A stretch of DNA of 57,625 nt, counting the filler, from Sphacelaria rigidula (Eukaryota), in the NCBI GenBank assembly GCA_964200075.2. It is 4 parts of 4 records of this genome, joined end to end, with 100 filler letters (N's around TTAATTAATTAA, not from the genome) between each part and the next. Parts side by side here need not be neighbours in the genome. Positions count along the whole stretch, not along the records: positions 1 to 14,335 come from CAXNAA020002308.1; 3 more parts are not named here. One strand, given 5' to 3'. Positions 1-12,990 of this stretch are shown here, one piece after another. The translations under genes and the position numbers were made by a program. The notes beneath the pieces are model-generated. The model searched no databases and was not told where the DNA came from. It saw nothing but the letters and a program-made list of their open reading frames with translations. The first letter of the stretch is position 1; every line of letters begins with the position of its first letter.

Positions 1-68
1 CAAGGGCAACCACAAACACAGCCCCCCCCCCCCCCCCCCCCCCTCGTCGTCTCTGCCCCCGCGCTCAC

Positions 69-341
69 CATAGGAACAAGCACGACATTAACGAAGATGA
101 GGGTCTTCAGCACATGTCCCGACAGCCAATTCGACGCGGTGCCGGTCTCGAGGCCCCGCAACCGGCCGAAGCACAGGCGAACGACGCACGAGTGCACCAT
201 GAACAGCACCGTCAGCCACACGTAGGCAAATACGGGCACGGTGCATCGCCAGCCCGCGACATCCGCGAAGGCATTGACGCACGGCAGGATCTCGCCCCAG
301 TGGGTCGACGCAGATAGGCACGTCTGGATCATCGTGTCGCC
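69..341 (-). CDS. Internal exon of an HRD1/gp78(AMFR)/RIN2-like ERAD E3 ubiquitin ligase, N-terminal membrane region (partial gene)
   Basis: Not in the ORF track. Minus strand reads cccctcctcgccAG|GGC GAC...CCT ATG|GTgagc; 273 nt, open, phase 0/0. Translation GDTMIQTCLSASTHWGEILPCVNAFADVAGWRCTVPVFAYVWLTVLFMVHSCVVRLCFGRLRGLETGTASNWLSGHVLKTLIFVNVVLVPM. The hydrophobic helix + FGxLRxxE + KxIFxxVL pattern matches my recollection of the HRD1/gp78/RIN2 N-terminus. Confidence 0.6.
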
Positions 342-1499
342 CTGGCGAGGAGGGGCGGGGGAGAATATAGTGTCATTTTCATATCATAGGTGAACAAGAA
401 TAACTCAAACATTACAGATACCTCAACCGGTGTTTTACTCCATCAGTTATGGAATATATGCTCAAAGGGGAGTGCCAAAGTATGTTCGATGTCAGCGTGG
501 CCAACTCACGACAAGTGTTCTTCGGTTTTTTCCCAACGGAGACAGCACAAACAGATATGTATCACGAACCAAGTGTGACATGACATGTTCACAGAGGGTG
601 GGATCAACAATTTTCCCTTTCCTGTGTTTCAAAGGAGCAACAGCAACAACAGATGCAGCAGCTCAACAACAGTACCAAGAATGACACGACCTACTACGCC
701 AAAGAACGGAGAAAGAATTAATCTCGAAAGGGCAGGGAAAGACCGGAGGGAACACAGGGTCACTTACGTACGGTACAGTGGCTACAGCTGCTTGGAAGAC
801 AAAAATCAAAACTGTTCCGAACTGGAACAGCGTTTGTAGTTTCATGTTGTGTTCTGTGGTACAGTTGAACTGAAAATACTCTATATTGTGAGAGAATATT
901 TCGAACTCACGCGCGTGAAGCATACTTCGTAACGAGGCGTCCACGAGATTTATTGCTGATTCTAGTGAGCAAGTTCCTCCGCACCCGCCCCGGGAGATGA
1001 CTGTTCGGGCCGATGCCAATGCTAGGAGTCCGGTTACCGGATTCGTGCTTTAAATCGTGCAGGGGTACACATCCGTTCGTGACCGTTCGAACGGACGCGC
1101 GATCGTGGTGGTCTTGCAATGTTTCCGGCGGGCATGAACATTTCGAGAGAGGATCTATTCTCACAAGGGCTTGGCAAGACAAGAATACCGAGACCCTCGA
1201 AAAAGACAGACGGGACCGGGGCGCAGCCCCTGGTCCCGTGCGGCTTGTACTGTATACAATACCAATAACACTTCCGAAGAACACAGCACCAGCATGAGTT
1301 GTCCTCGCATGCTCGCGGGTGCTTTGGGGAAAACTCTGGCAACATACTCTGCAGTCCGCGGGCAGTACGGTACAGCATGGCACAGCACTCATCTGCGCGC
1401 CTAGAGTGATTCTTCTATTATATCTGTTTATTTTCCTACTTATATGTACATGTTTTCCACCTTGCGTTGGTGAGCATAAACCATAAACACATGGTTTCC

Positions 1500-1815
1500 A
1501 CTTTTCGTCATACGAGGTGAATCAAGTGTACATGTATCTCCTCTTTCATCCATGCAGCATCAGTCACAAGCACGCGTTCCTGCACCGTCCATTCACACGA
1601 GGCGAATCACACGTACATGAACTCCAAATTTCCGTTCATGCAGCATGAATCATACGTACATGTTGTCCGCCTTCCATCCATACCAGGTGAATCAAGCGTA
1701 CATGTTTCCGAATCTCCGTTCATGCAGCATGAACCGTACGTACGTGTTCCCTACCTTCGATTCATACGAGACGAATCAAGTGTACATGTGTCCGACCCAA
1801 GATTCATACAGGAAG
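1500..1815. repeat. Degenerate 42-bp tandem repeat with an alternating A/B (84-bp) higher-order period
   Basis: ccgttcatgcagcat recurs at 1632 and 1716 (84 bp apart); gaatcaag(t/c)gtacatgt units alternate with gaatcatacgtacatgt units. Confidence 0.8.
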
Positions 1816-1936
1816 TGTGATTCGTGCGGTCATGGCCTTGAAGATCCAACTTCACCATATGTAATTCATACCGGACGACTCTTTGGTACATGATTCACAT
1901 TCAACATTCATGTGGAGTCGACCCGTATAAAGTCCG

Positions 1937-2128
1937 AGGCCGTGTCTTATCGAATTGTTTTCGACTCGAAAAGGTACGGTGGAATCGAATTTGCTCTTGC
2001 CTGATACGTCCACGGCATCCATGTTCACAACCATTTGAGAAAACAAAGAGCATGGGCAAATCGGAAACGAGCGAACTCGATTCGACCGCACGTTTTCGAC
2101 ACGAGGACATTTTGATAAGACACGGCCT
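1937..2128. repeat. Imperfect inverted repeat (~68-bp arms, ~55-bp loop), MITE/hairpin-like
   Basis: 1937-2005 aggccgtgtcttatcgaattg...ctgat versus the reverse complement of 2060-2128, aggccgtgtcttatcaaaatg...ccgat. Confidence 0.7.
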
Positions 2129-4599
2129 GATTCGTCCGAACCGCGCGACACTATCCTGTTATAGTACAATACACGCGCGACTTTGACGTTGGGGTTGTTT
2201 AGAAGTCATGATAAAACTGCACCGAACACACTTATCGCTATCCCTCAAATATCTTTAAAGAGGAGACCCCACAGGAAACCAAGAACCCAACTCTACACGA
2301 AACGGAGAGTTTTCGACACCCCCCCGGACTCTTTCGTGTGTGAAGGGTGGAGAAGACCAATTACATATGCACTGTGGCCAGCCTCGAACCCCCGACCTCC
2401 ATCGCATCAGGGATACGCTTTACCTTCCTGCCGTTGCTTTGCGGGACAGTCAACATCATTTCCACTCGAAAAAGGACTGAAAATGATGCGGGTTATTTAC
2501 ACACCTGACCAGTTTTGAGCCACAAGTCAAGTGCATACGCATGCATCGTCATTTCATGTCTTTGCTACGAGTAAGCAGTTTTCAGTTCTCGTAGGAGACA
2601 TATGCTTTCATGGTTTGCAGGTAGCGCACACTAGCAGCCGCCACTGCTGCAACATATCCACATAACATGCATCGTCTCCTCTTATCCATCTATCCTTTCG
2701 CAGCAGTCGTGGTATTTCCGAGGCAGGGCCGGCACACCTGGAGCGTGCTTTGATCCTGCACTCACGTCACACCGTCTCATCTGTACCCCCACGTTCACTG
2801 TTGGTACCGTCATCGTCGTTGTTGTTGTTGTCTTCACATTAAAAAGTCGTTTCGGTATCCGCGCAGTGTTGTACTGGGCATCTGACTCGGACGTCTTCCG
2901 TGGTCACAGGCTACCACTTCTTCCTGATCGCGTTGTGGACTTTCCGCCTGTATTTGGTAGCCCGGTGCTTGTCTCTGTTCCCAGGCAGGTGCGACTCTCC
3001 TGCTCTGTCCGTCTCTACTCCTTCACGGCATCTGGAATGCGTACCCACGTAGTGTACAGCCTCTCTACTCTTGCCTAGGTTGTCCCCACTACGGTCTCCG
3101 CTGCTACATAACCCTGGGGTCCATGCCAGGGCTTTCGGATTCAACCTCATGTAGCTGCCAAAACTGTTCCGAAATGAAGCACACGTTGATCTGGCGATCT
3201 CTGTGTTTCCTAACGCTCACCTCAGGCTCCCCGTGGATACGAGGCTCGGGACTGCCGCTACTAAACCGAATATACACGTAATGCAAAAAATTCGACGGTT
3301 CGGACAAATTATCGCCGGTTCGAACCACCAAATCCACGATTTTTCAGGCATGATTGCTCAAAAAGGAGAAAAGAAGTTGACCGCTTGTCAAAAAGATCTC
3401 CACTCAATGTTTGCGCCATTTCACGTGCCTGGGCTGCGCGTACCTGGGTTGCAACACTGAACACAAAGCCTAACAAATTGATTCGTACGGTACGAATCAA
3501 TTGCACTAAAATCAAGCAATTTCCAGACGAATCATTGATTCCTCCGACCTTTGCAAACTTCTTTCATCAGCTGATAAATACAACTGTACAAAACAGTCAG
3601 CGCGCAGTCGGTCTGCACTGAACACAGTCTACTGCCGGGGCAGGGGCTGGCACACCTCGAACGAGTTTCAATCTTGCACGCATGTCGCATCCTCTCAACT
3701 GTACTTCCTTTTTCGTCGTCTCTGCAGTGCTGCTGCTGCTGCTACTCTACAGTACATGTGGACTGTGCTCATCATCAGTGGCTGATCACGACGTCAAGAG
3801 ACAGTCAGCGTGTCACCTCAAAGCTACGGCTGGTTACCAGAAGAACAGAGATACAGAAGATAACACATCTCAACGCGACGCAGTGGGTAACGTCAGACGC
3901 CAGCGCAGCGCCTTAGCCCATTACGCGTCTTCGACAATCCTGCAACAGCAATCATTGCCCGATGAGCGCATCTCTGACTAGCAAATGCGCCTTAAACCCA
4001 AGTGAAAATAGAATACATTCAAAAGCAAAGTACAGACGCAATACTGGACTGTCTGCGCTCGAGAGATGGAATGCTGAGCTATCAGCAGCCCAGGGAATTT
4101 TCCCGCTGCGTTTCCAGGGAAAGTATGATTTCTACGAGTGCTGAGAGTAATAACTACAAATGGCCGGCCACTGCGATATGGTTTCTGGGAAAAGGCTTTG
4201 CGCAGTGAAACACATGCACTCATACACAATACAAAACGAAACAGTCCGTGGGAATAAATTGCAGCTCAGCTATTTCAGCTGTGCTATTTGGGCACGAACT
4301 TTCACCCTACTTCCTACGGAAGCGAGGCACCGAACTGCGACTGTGTAACACCGAGAGGAAAGAGAGAAAGATGGATAGTAAACAGAGAGAACGAAGGAGG
4401 GTAAACGGAGACGGTGAAACCTAGGACACAGTAGAGCATGTACAAAAGCACAACCAGGGAACGCCGCGCGACCACAGGCCACGGAGAAAATCAACAACCA
4501 ATAAAAGAGGTCAGGGGTACATCGGTTTTCTTGTTAACGCAGCTTCACCCACTCTAACCCAGCTTCACCGACTCATCCCTAGTCGGGTACAGAGCGGGT

Positions 4600-5480
4600 C
4601 AGTCTCTCGGTCATTTCCCGGATTCCTCGTGACTGAATGCTGCTGTTACGTCAGCGGTAGCGGCTCTCCGATCGGCGACTTTCGATGCAGCAGCCTCTTG
4701 ATCGTAGCGGAGGTCGACTGGCGTGTGTCTTCACGTCGCCACGCCTCCTCCAACTCTTCGGTCCCTTTCTCGATTCCTTCTTCACCGATGTTCTTCGCCG
4801 CAGTGACCCAATCATGTGCGTCTTTCATTACCACACCGTAGACAGACCATGTCCGCCGTTCTCCTTTGCGTCGAAGAGCCCCTAGCACACTTAGGTTCTG
4901 GAGGTTGTCCCTGTAGCGTCTGGGGGGGGCAGCCAGCTTCTGTAGGCCCATGAGCGGCTGACCGTCCGAGCATGACATGGTTTGGAAGGAGTGTTTTGTC
5001 CTGCCGGACAAAGGCCCCCGCTAGCCAGAAATAACGCTTGCGGGTGGTCACCTCGATACTTCCAAAGTTAGTCATCTCGAGCGCATATCTGTACGAAATA
5101 TTCTTGTAGCTAGCTCGCACCCCCCTACGGAATCCAACCACTCGCACTTAAACTGATGACGGGCACCGCGCAGACTATCAAAGTCCTCCCGATGCAGCGT
5201 CCATGAACAGCACATCCGTACAGCAGAATATTCACCCCCGCTTCAAGTAGCCGAATTTTTAGAGAGGTAGCTAGGTGTTTGGCCGATTGTAGAGTTGAGA
5301 ACTATACTCTCGGAGGCGTGCCCACGCAGCGCTGATGCAGCCGCTGATATCGATGGAAATATTCGCATCCGCGCTGACACCTCCACCAAGGTAGACAAAC
5401 TTAGCCGTCTGCTTTGGACGTTTAACGGCTGCGTTGATGGACAGTGCGATCTCTGTGGAGCTGGGTACTGACCACGTGCG
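4600..5480 (-). mobile_element. Decayed RTE-like non-LTR retrotransposon, 3' part (copy 1)
   Basis: Frameshifted fragments FVYLGGGVSADANISIDI...AAWARLREYSSQLYNRP, LRVVGFRR...YALEMT...SIEVTTRKR...LPNHVMLGR and DWVTAAKN, typical of the end of RT and the C-terminal region of RTE-clade LINEs. Confidence 0.75.
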
Positions 5481-5489
5481 CATGGACAC

Positions 5490-7400
5490 CTTTCTCCACC
5501 TTGGCGCTCGTTTTCCCCTTCCTCTCCTCCTTCTCTTCTTCCATATCGAAGGAATTGAAATCATCTTCGAGGTATTGCATCCAGTCGTCCTCTTGTCCCC
5601 CTCTGTCCCCCTCTTCTCCCTCCAACCTTCCCAGCATGACGCGCTTTGGACGTCGGACGTCTCCCGTGCTCATGACGAATCTCGCGAAGAGTAGTCTCCG
5701 CTTGCGCACGGTGGCCTCGATGGTCTCGGTGCAGTCAGCCATGTGACGGGTCTCGGCGTAGGACAGAGGGAGGTCCGTGCGCGTCCTCTTATTACACACT
5801 ATGCAGGGTGTGAGGAAACAGCGTTGACCCCGTTGAGTTTGATGTAGTGCTTCTTACTCAGGTTTCACGTCGTGCACCCGTACAGAGGTTTCCTGACCCT
5901 CTCGGCTTGGAGCAGTCGTACCTTGAGCCGGAGGAGAGCTCCCGACGATCGTACATCAATTGGTCATTGCACGCTCATGCTCCGGACAGACGAGTTGCCA
6001 TCTCCTTGTTCATCTTCCCATCCTCGCAAGTAGTCTCCCCGAGATACACAGACGTGATGGTTGACCGCCAGCGATAACCCTGGATGGGCGCTACTTAATC
6101 CCTGTCGGCAGCAAGTACATGATCTCCGTCTTTGGCTCCAACAACATCAGTCGAAACAAATGGAAACGAGCATAATGGGCCACATCATCTTCTCGACGCT
6201 CTCGGACGATGGCGAAACGATGCCCGCGTCGTCGGCTTATAGTATGGCCAACAGCGGCCTGTGCCCTCAGCCATCGTGACCTCCCCTTTTTTCCTTGCCT
6301 CTCTTGCCACCTTCACCATGTCCGCCGTCACGTCGTCGTCTTCGGCGAACTCGTCTACTGACACCATGAGCATGGATGGCGGTGAAGAAAAGATTGAACA
6401 GGAGCGGATTCAGGTTGCACACCTGTCGGAGCCCTTGGCTCATGTCGAACCAGTCGGAGCACGTCCCAACGTCCATCTGTACACGCGCCCTCATGCCGTC
6501 GTGAAACTGGCAAATGATCGCCAGCATCTTTGAAGGCACGTCCGAATCGCTTGAGCATGGCTCACAGCAACTCTAAGTCGTCAATGAAGTCGAATGCCTC
6601 GGAGAGATCGATCATACACGCGAGGGCGGTGTTGTCCTTCCGCGCCCGCTCATGGAGTTACTGGGTCACAAAAATCACATCGTAGGTCCAGCGGAATGGA
6701 CGAAAGCCGCTTGTTTCTCCGGGAGGATCCCTCGCGCTCGCAGTAGTTGCTCGAGCATGCGGCGACGAGCTCGAGTAGCAACTGCTAGCGTGTGCCACGA
6801 CAGAAATGCCCCGTTAGTTGCCACACTTTGCCGTATCCTTCTTGGACAGCACCTAAGGCGACCTTCCACTGCCTTGGCACCTCTCGCGTCGTCACATGGC
6901 CACGATGACGTCGTGAATTCGCCAAAAAATGTCTTGGTCTCCATCGAGGAATAGTTCAACTAGCTCCGCCGTTCGGCCCTGCTGCTTTCCTGATGGTCGT
7001 TCCCCGTATCGCTTCTTCGGCCTTGAACCTAGACGGTATACCGCCAAGAGGCACACACGTGGGGCACTGCTTGGCCTGCTCGATCATTCGCAGGTTGAGG
7101 GTTGGCGACTTTGGTGCCGAGATACGTGGGGGACTACCTGGCCCATCGCTCGAGGATGACCGCGGGATCTCGCAGCAGGTTGCCGTCCTCGTCTTTGGTG
7201 TTCTGCGAGGTGAAGACCGATTTCCTGTCACGTCCAGCCTCTCCATGTGTTGGTAAAAGCCGGCCATGTCTCCTTCACGACTTCGCTTCTCGAACTCCAA
7301 CGCATTAATCTCGAAGAACTCACACACGGCCCTGCCCCTCCGTCGGTTGGGCCCTTCCGAGGTTGTCTTCAGTTCTCTGCGGAGAGCGGTGTTCGTTAGG
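5490..7400 (-). mobile_element. Decayed RTE-like non-LTR retrotransposon with reverse transcriptase remnants (copy 2)
   Basis: Fragments [45 protein letters not shown]...[25 protein letters not shown], a frameshifted (Y)ADDAGIVS near 6230, and TIEATVRKRRLLFARFVM...PKRVMLGRL; many stops and frameshifts. Confidence 0.85.
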
Positions 7401-7404
7401 GCGC

Positions 7405-7725
7405 CGCAAAACTTTCGCCGCTGTAAGATCACGTCGACCAAGGCTGCGCGGAAGTTATTGAACAGCAGGGGAGACGAAACGCATTCTTGCCTGAGTCCCT
7501 AGTAGACATGGAGCGACACTGATCGTTCGCCATCATCCAGCTGTACTCAGGCCACATGCCATCGTGAAAAATGCGGATGACCTTGTTCATCCGCGGCGCG
7601 ACTCCAAACCGGGCGAGAACTTCCCACAGGAGCGTGCGGTCTACTAAGAGGTGGGCCTTCTGCAGGTCGGTGAAGCACATTCTTAGAGGAACCATGCTCG
7701 CCCTTCGTAACTCCTGTAGTCAACA
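7405..7725 (-). mobile_element. Third RTE-like RT fragment
   Basis: VPLRMCFTDLQKAHLLVDRTLLWEVLARFGVAPRMNKVIRIFHDGM covers the same RT segment that is also present in copy 2 near 6540-6640. Confidence 0.8.
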
Positions 7726-7919
7726 TACCACGAACATCACGTGTATGAGTGATGTCTAAACGGCACACCCTTGATAACCACATCCGGAGGTCATCGTACT
7801 TCTTCACCGCCCGTGCTCAGCGCGCCGCCGCCGTGGCGCAGACAAGAGGAATCCTCATCTCTCGCCCCAGCGTTACGCTGGACGCGCATGCCTTGGGGCC
7901 CATCCTTATATACACTCGA

Positions 7920-9012
7920 CAATCGCTATGCACTTCAAGACTGCGGTGATCAAGGGGGTCGCCTTACCCCAACTGCTGTTTGATGCCGAGATCCATGGCA
8001 TGACGGATATCACCCGCAAGATGCAAACGTTCCTCAACCAGATATGCCGAGTGTCTACGGGGATGGGCCCCAAGACACGCGTGTCCAGCGTAGCGCCGTG
8101 GCGACAGATGAGGACACCCCTTGTCTACGCCACGGCGGCGGCACGCCGAGCACGGGCGGTGAAGAAGTGCGATGACCGCCGTACGTGGATAAAGGTTATC
8201 AAGGGTGTGTCGTTTAGAACTCACAGTTGGACATGGGTCACGGGGGCTGGAAAGGGGTTGAACCGGGCAATCTCGGACTGCCTGAAAAAAGAAGAATGAA
8301 GAGGAGGGGTATACGGAGGAGATTGCACAACCTGGCGACTGGGCAACCCTGCTGCCGTAGGCCCTCGGCCAAAGTATTTCCAAGCTCACCTGGTGGAGGG
8401 AGGAAAGGCAAGCCCAGAGCAAGACCGGCAAGCGACATATCGAGGCCAACTACGAAAAAAGGCGGCTCACGACGCCAAGGGTACCTACAAGCCCTACGCT
8501 AGCCCCTGGCATCGCGTATATCGCGCGAAGCCGCGTTGGCGGCTTCTCGTCGGCCGGAAAGTTGACTGAATGTGATATACTGCCGGAACGATACCGCAGG
8601 GAATGCCCATTCTGCCGACGGATGGGGGGGCTGAGACCCTAAATCACATGCTGCTCACATGCAGTACGTAGGTGTTGCAACGCGACCTCCACCTCAGGGA
8701 GATTTTCAACAAGACCCATACGATCGTCCGGCACGCGATGTACGAGTTAAGGAGACGAAGGGAGGAAGTTTCTCCTCGGTGGGGAGATTAGTATGGGAGT
8801 GCCGAGATGGGACACACACGGCGCCTCCGACGGGGACACCAGTGACGGCTGACGAGCCAGACGTGACACCGGAAGAGGAGCTCGACCCAGATTCGGCGCC
8901 CCCCATGTCACCAAAAGAAGCGGCCAGTGGGTGTTTGCGAGTAGCCAAATGCTTCGCAGAAGTGATGCAGGTGCGAGCCTGCATCCTACGGGCACTAGAG
9001 GGAGGCCAGTAG
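7920..9012 (+). mobile_element. Decayed non-LTR retrotransposon of a second family, C-terminal region with CCHC zinc knuckle
   Basis: ORF 7928-8299 (...LPQLLFDAEIHGM...RKMQTFLNQICR...ATAAARRARA...WIKVI...WTWVTG) and a frameshifted CPFCRR..GG.ETLNHMLLTC motif at ~8603-8662, the CxxC-ET-xx-H-xxxx-C knuckle that follows RT in many LINEs. An inverted partial copy lies at 7755-7905. The 3' limit is approximate. Confidence 0.65.
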
Positions 9013-10575
9013 CGCCCCGCTGCCATCTAGGGTCGAAGCTCGTGAGAGCATGGCGGAGCGTGCACTCCGCCAACTTAGTTGATCAGGGGTTTGGGTGGGC
9101 GCAACCTACACACTGCCTTGAGCAAAGCTTGCTAACGCTCGAGGTGCCTCCCTCACATGACTGCCGCGAGGCAGTCTAGCCGAATCTTCGGATAATCGGC
9201 ACACGAACCCGCTTGCGGGGTAAGTGTTGGGTTAGGTTTCCTCCCTTCGTCAAGGAAAAAAAAACATCACGTCGGTGGTCGATTGCTACCATCGCAATCC
9301 GCACCTTGCTTCCGGGAAGACCCCTGGCTCCTTGCAGAAACTACCGAGCCTGTTGGCTACGGTTTTGGAGAGGGGTCCACCAGCAAGTGCCACGAGGAAC
9401 CGGAGAGGTGAGCTTGTCCCACTTACAACCTCCTGATATAGCATTCGCGTCTCCGTACTTGAATGCTTTGACAGTAACCGTGGTAGGTATAGCAAAAGGT
9501 GTGACTAGGGTATCTATCGTCTTGGCACTGCTGTGCCCGACAGTACGTACTCCCAGGGAACCGATCCGCCCAGGGCGAAAAAGGTGTACCCGCATCGCTC
9601 AGCCATGGGAAAATGATGCGCCTCCCTACTGAAGAAGACATTCTCTTCTTCTGAATCACTCTCGCCATGCGCCCATGTCCTCTTCGCGTCGATCTACGCC
9701 TACCAAAACTACCTTCAAAATCTCGCGGGACCGCCCACGGAAAAAAGGTAGGAGCAGAATCCCATGAGTTTAAACGATTAATGTGCCGACCGCTCTCGTA
9801 CGAGCTGGGCCAGCCTAAAAACGGATTTAATATCTCAAAGCAATATCTCATCGACATAGATGAGTTGGGCCATGATCCGCACATCGTATTAATCGGACAA
9901 TCAAGGGGAAGGTGCCCATCTGCTCAAAAATCTGGGCCAATATCTTTTTCGTTGATTAAACCCCATGTCTAGTAATTCCTATATCTAGCGGAGATAGAGT
10001 CCACACTAAAATCTATATGAAACCCCGGACGATGCATTCAGCGGATGAGGAGGATTTTTGATGCGGACCTTCCCTGGAGCACGGGGAGACGATATATACC
10101 CTCACCTTCGCCCAATTCGTAATCTATCTCGAGATATGGCGCGCATTGTTCCACACTAAAATCAATATATTACGAGCAGAGGCACCAGATGCCCTTAATC
10201 TAGATATCACGTCTCAGTTTTTGAGAGTTGTGTTATGAATTTTGGTATGGAGAACCGCTACGAGTGCCTTATGAAATAAGAAAACAGCTTCGTACTTTTT
10301 TCCCGTTTTCTTCATTTTTTTTGTGTTTTTAGGGGAGTTTTGAGGAGAAATGAACATCGCTCTCAGGCCTTATCTCAATTTTCCAGCTCAATCTCTTAAA
10401 ATGTGATTTGAAACTTAGCATGGAGGACGCCCGAACCTCTCCCCTCCCCCAAAAAATGGGCGTTCATTTTTGTTTTTTGTGGAAGAGGTTCGGGCGTTCT
10501 CGTAAAAGATGGTCGTTACCATACTAAAACGCCATAAACCAGTGAAAGAAAAATATTAAAAAACTGACCCACTGA

Positions 10576-10752
10576 GGCCAACTCTTACGGGAGCGTTTGA
10601 AATTTTATTTTGCAACAATTTCAGATAAAAAAAAATTTTCTTTGTCATCACGGTAAACGGGCACAAAATACACAACCACAGCGAAGAAGAAATAAAAAGT
10701 CGTTTAAAATTATTGCAAAATAAAATTCTAAACGCTCCTTTAAGAGTTGGCC
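10576..10752. mobile_element. MITE with ~47-bp TIRs and a 3-bp TGA target-site duplication (PIF/Harbinger/Tourist-like)
   Basis: tga|GGCCAACTCTTACGGGAGCGTTTGAAATTTTATTTTGCAACAATTTT ... AAAATTATTGCAAAATAAAATTCTAAACGCTCCTTTAAGAGTTGGCC|tga. Confidence 0.75.
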
Positions 10753-11333
10753 TGAATTTTGTGAATTATGCCCTAGCGAGGGCCCCCAAAAAATTTCAAT
10801 ACACAAAAACCAAACGTGNNNNNNNNNNGGTGAGTGGCCTGCGAAATACTGTTCCGAATTTCTACCGACCCGGTTTTTGAAAGGGGAATGCGCCGGTCAA
10901 TATTTTATAATACCAAATTTCACGCTCCAACTCTAAATATTGGCCGCCGCATTCCCCTTTCAAAAACATAATCAGTTGCCCATGACTCACCAAAAAATAA
11001 ATAAACTTGTGGTGCTTCTACAAAATTTATTTTCAAGTCCTATGCATTGTCCATACCGAATTTCACGCTCCAACTCTAAATAGTGGCCGCCGCATTCGCC
11101 TGCAAACTTCAAATCCGCCTGTAGGCTGGCCTAGCTCGTGGATAGTACAAACTACTGCTGTGCACTGTTGTCGCTGTATAGTACATGATAAACGGCCAGG
11201 CGGAAATTACAAATTTAACCGGCATTTGTGGTGGGTTGGCTCTCGTGCGATCGCATAGAAATGTACAACTTGATCAAGAAAGTCACGATGATATACAGTG
11301 GGTAAACGGTAAACCTATCGTGCGGGCGCGCGC

Positions 11334-11364
<31 letters not shown>

Positions 11365-12990
11365 AACAAAAAAGGGGCCAAGAGGGAAATTGGGGGGGGG
11401 GTTGNNNNNNNNNNTCACTTGGGGCGGGGGTCGGCGGGGGGGCGCGCGGGGGGGGGCGCGCGGGGGGGGGGCGCCGGGAGTGTGCTGGGGGAACCTAAAG
11501 CATGCCATATGTCAAAGTGAGTGAGTCGTTGCATTCATACACGGGGTACACGTCCAGCGGCTAATGATCCATGCAGGGGACGAGACAACACAGCTATTTT
11601 ACTGACGTTTCTGTCAACGGAGATTACCCCCTTTCACGCACATGGTGCATATATATTTGTGTAGATCCGCGTGCCGCGTGCGCAGCACAGACAACAGACC
11701 GTAGTCTCCTGCAGACTGACCGACTGCTGTGTGTTATGAACGGTGCTGACTTCGATTGCTACCCGGATCTCTTACGTACGACACCTACTTCCCCTCCACC
11801 CCCACCCCCCAACTCTTTAGAGGTCAACGTTAGTCAAAAGTACACAGTTCGGCGCAGTTTACTGCAGCTACTGCCTGTACAGCTCTCATGACATGGGGTA
11901 TGAGAACACGCTTCGATCCTGCCGCAACCGAAACTACTACGTTGTATGATACCTGCACTGACCGCTCACAAGTAAATATCTACAAGTCTCGTGACCAGTG
12001 TACAGTATCCTGTCTATTGCGCTGTTGCAGTGTATGTACTGTCCGTTGGGTCGCGCTGTTACTGCTACTGTTGCTTCGCTGCTCTCGTTGCTACAGCTAT
12101 TATTACTGCTGTTACTGTTGTTGTTGCTGCTGCTGAATGTCTCGATAGTACAGGGTAGCAGACAGTGCTGTAGAGTGTATAGGGAGCATCCTGAAATGGA
12201 AACAATTTCTCCTCTCTGTAGAACCGAGGTCGCATTGCTATACATACGATTGCGGCCCGCTGTGGTGATACAAAACATACATACTGGCTGTTGCTGTAGC
12301 CCTGAGCTAATCATAGTAGAAAATCTTAGAAAGAAAGACAAATGACTTTTACATACCTTGCCTGTGGCCATGCCTGAACCAGCATACACAACAGAAAATG
12401 ATACAAAGCGCCCGAAAGCCTCGCTGTAGATTTGCCCGACGCAAGCGACTGCCGGTGCTGTGCATGTACTCGATATGTTCTGACCCGCAGTCTGAAGATG
12501 CACGTAGTTCGACGGAGGTATTGAGTTGGGATAAGCTAACAAATTGTTGCACACTATAGATAGAGACTGCTTGGCGGGGGGGATCTATTGGTTCTAGTTA
12601 CCACAATTATTATTTCATCCATCTAGACTCTCCTGAGGTCAAAATCCATACCCCATGCTCTCTACTCACGACATTACTGAGCCTATAATTGAGATCCGCC
12701 GTCAAAAGATGGGCATTCTCAGGCAACCACGCATGCCAAGATTACACTTCTGGTTAGGGGGAATATCGATATCGGGTAAAGTGCAGATGTTACACTCGAA
12801 AGGTGAGAACAGGAAAATTCTGTATGCTTCCGTCGGTGCATGGAATTTGGAGCGTCCACAACGTGACCGACGGAACTTGAGTGAATGATAGTCTATTGTG
12901 ACAAGAGTAAACAAGAACAATCAGTGATCGATCCGTTCGTTACATCAACTCTAGGGTGGCACAGTGCGGAGAGAAGAGAGAAGGGCGGTG

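Noticed and set aside
1500-1815. CRISPR-like appearance of the regularly spaced repeats (also at 24255, 25972 and 43748)
   Set aside because: The units are contiguous degenerate tandem repeats without unique spacers, no cas genes are present and the context is eukaryotic.
11185-11520. Gly-rich and Pro-rich ORFs around the 10-N gap (and similarly at 14440-14545)
   Set aside because: Homopolymer G/C runs next to assembly gaps; probably low-quality sequence.
12357-12554. Possible first exon of the HRD1-like gene (minus strand, ...MATGK|gtatgt, phase 0)
   Set aside because: The donor and phase are compatible, but there is no recognisable homology and it lies 12 kb and two gaps away; it cannot be supported without transcripts.
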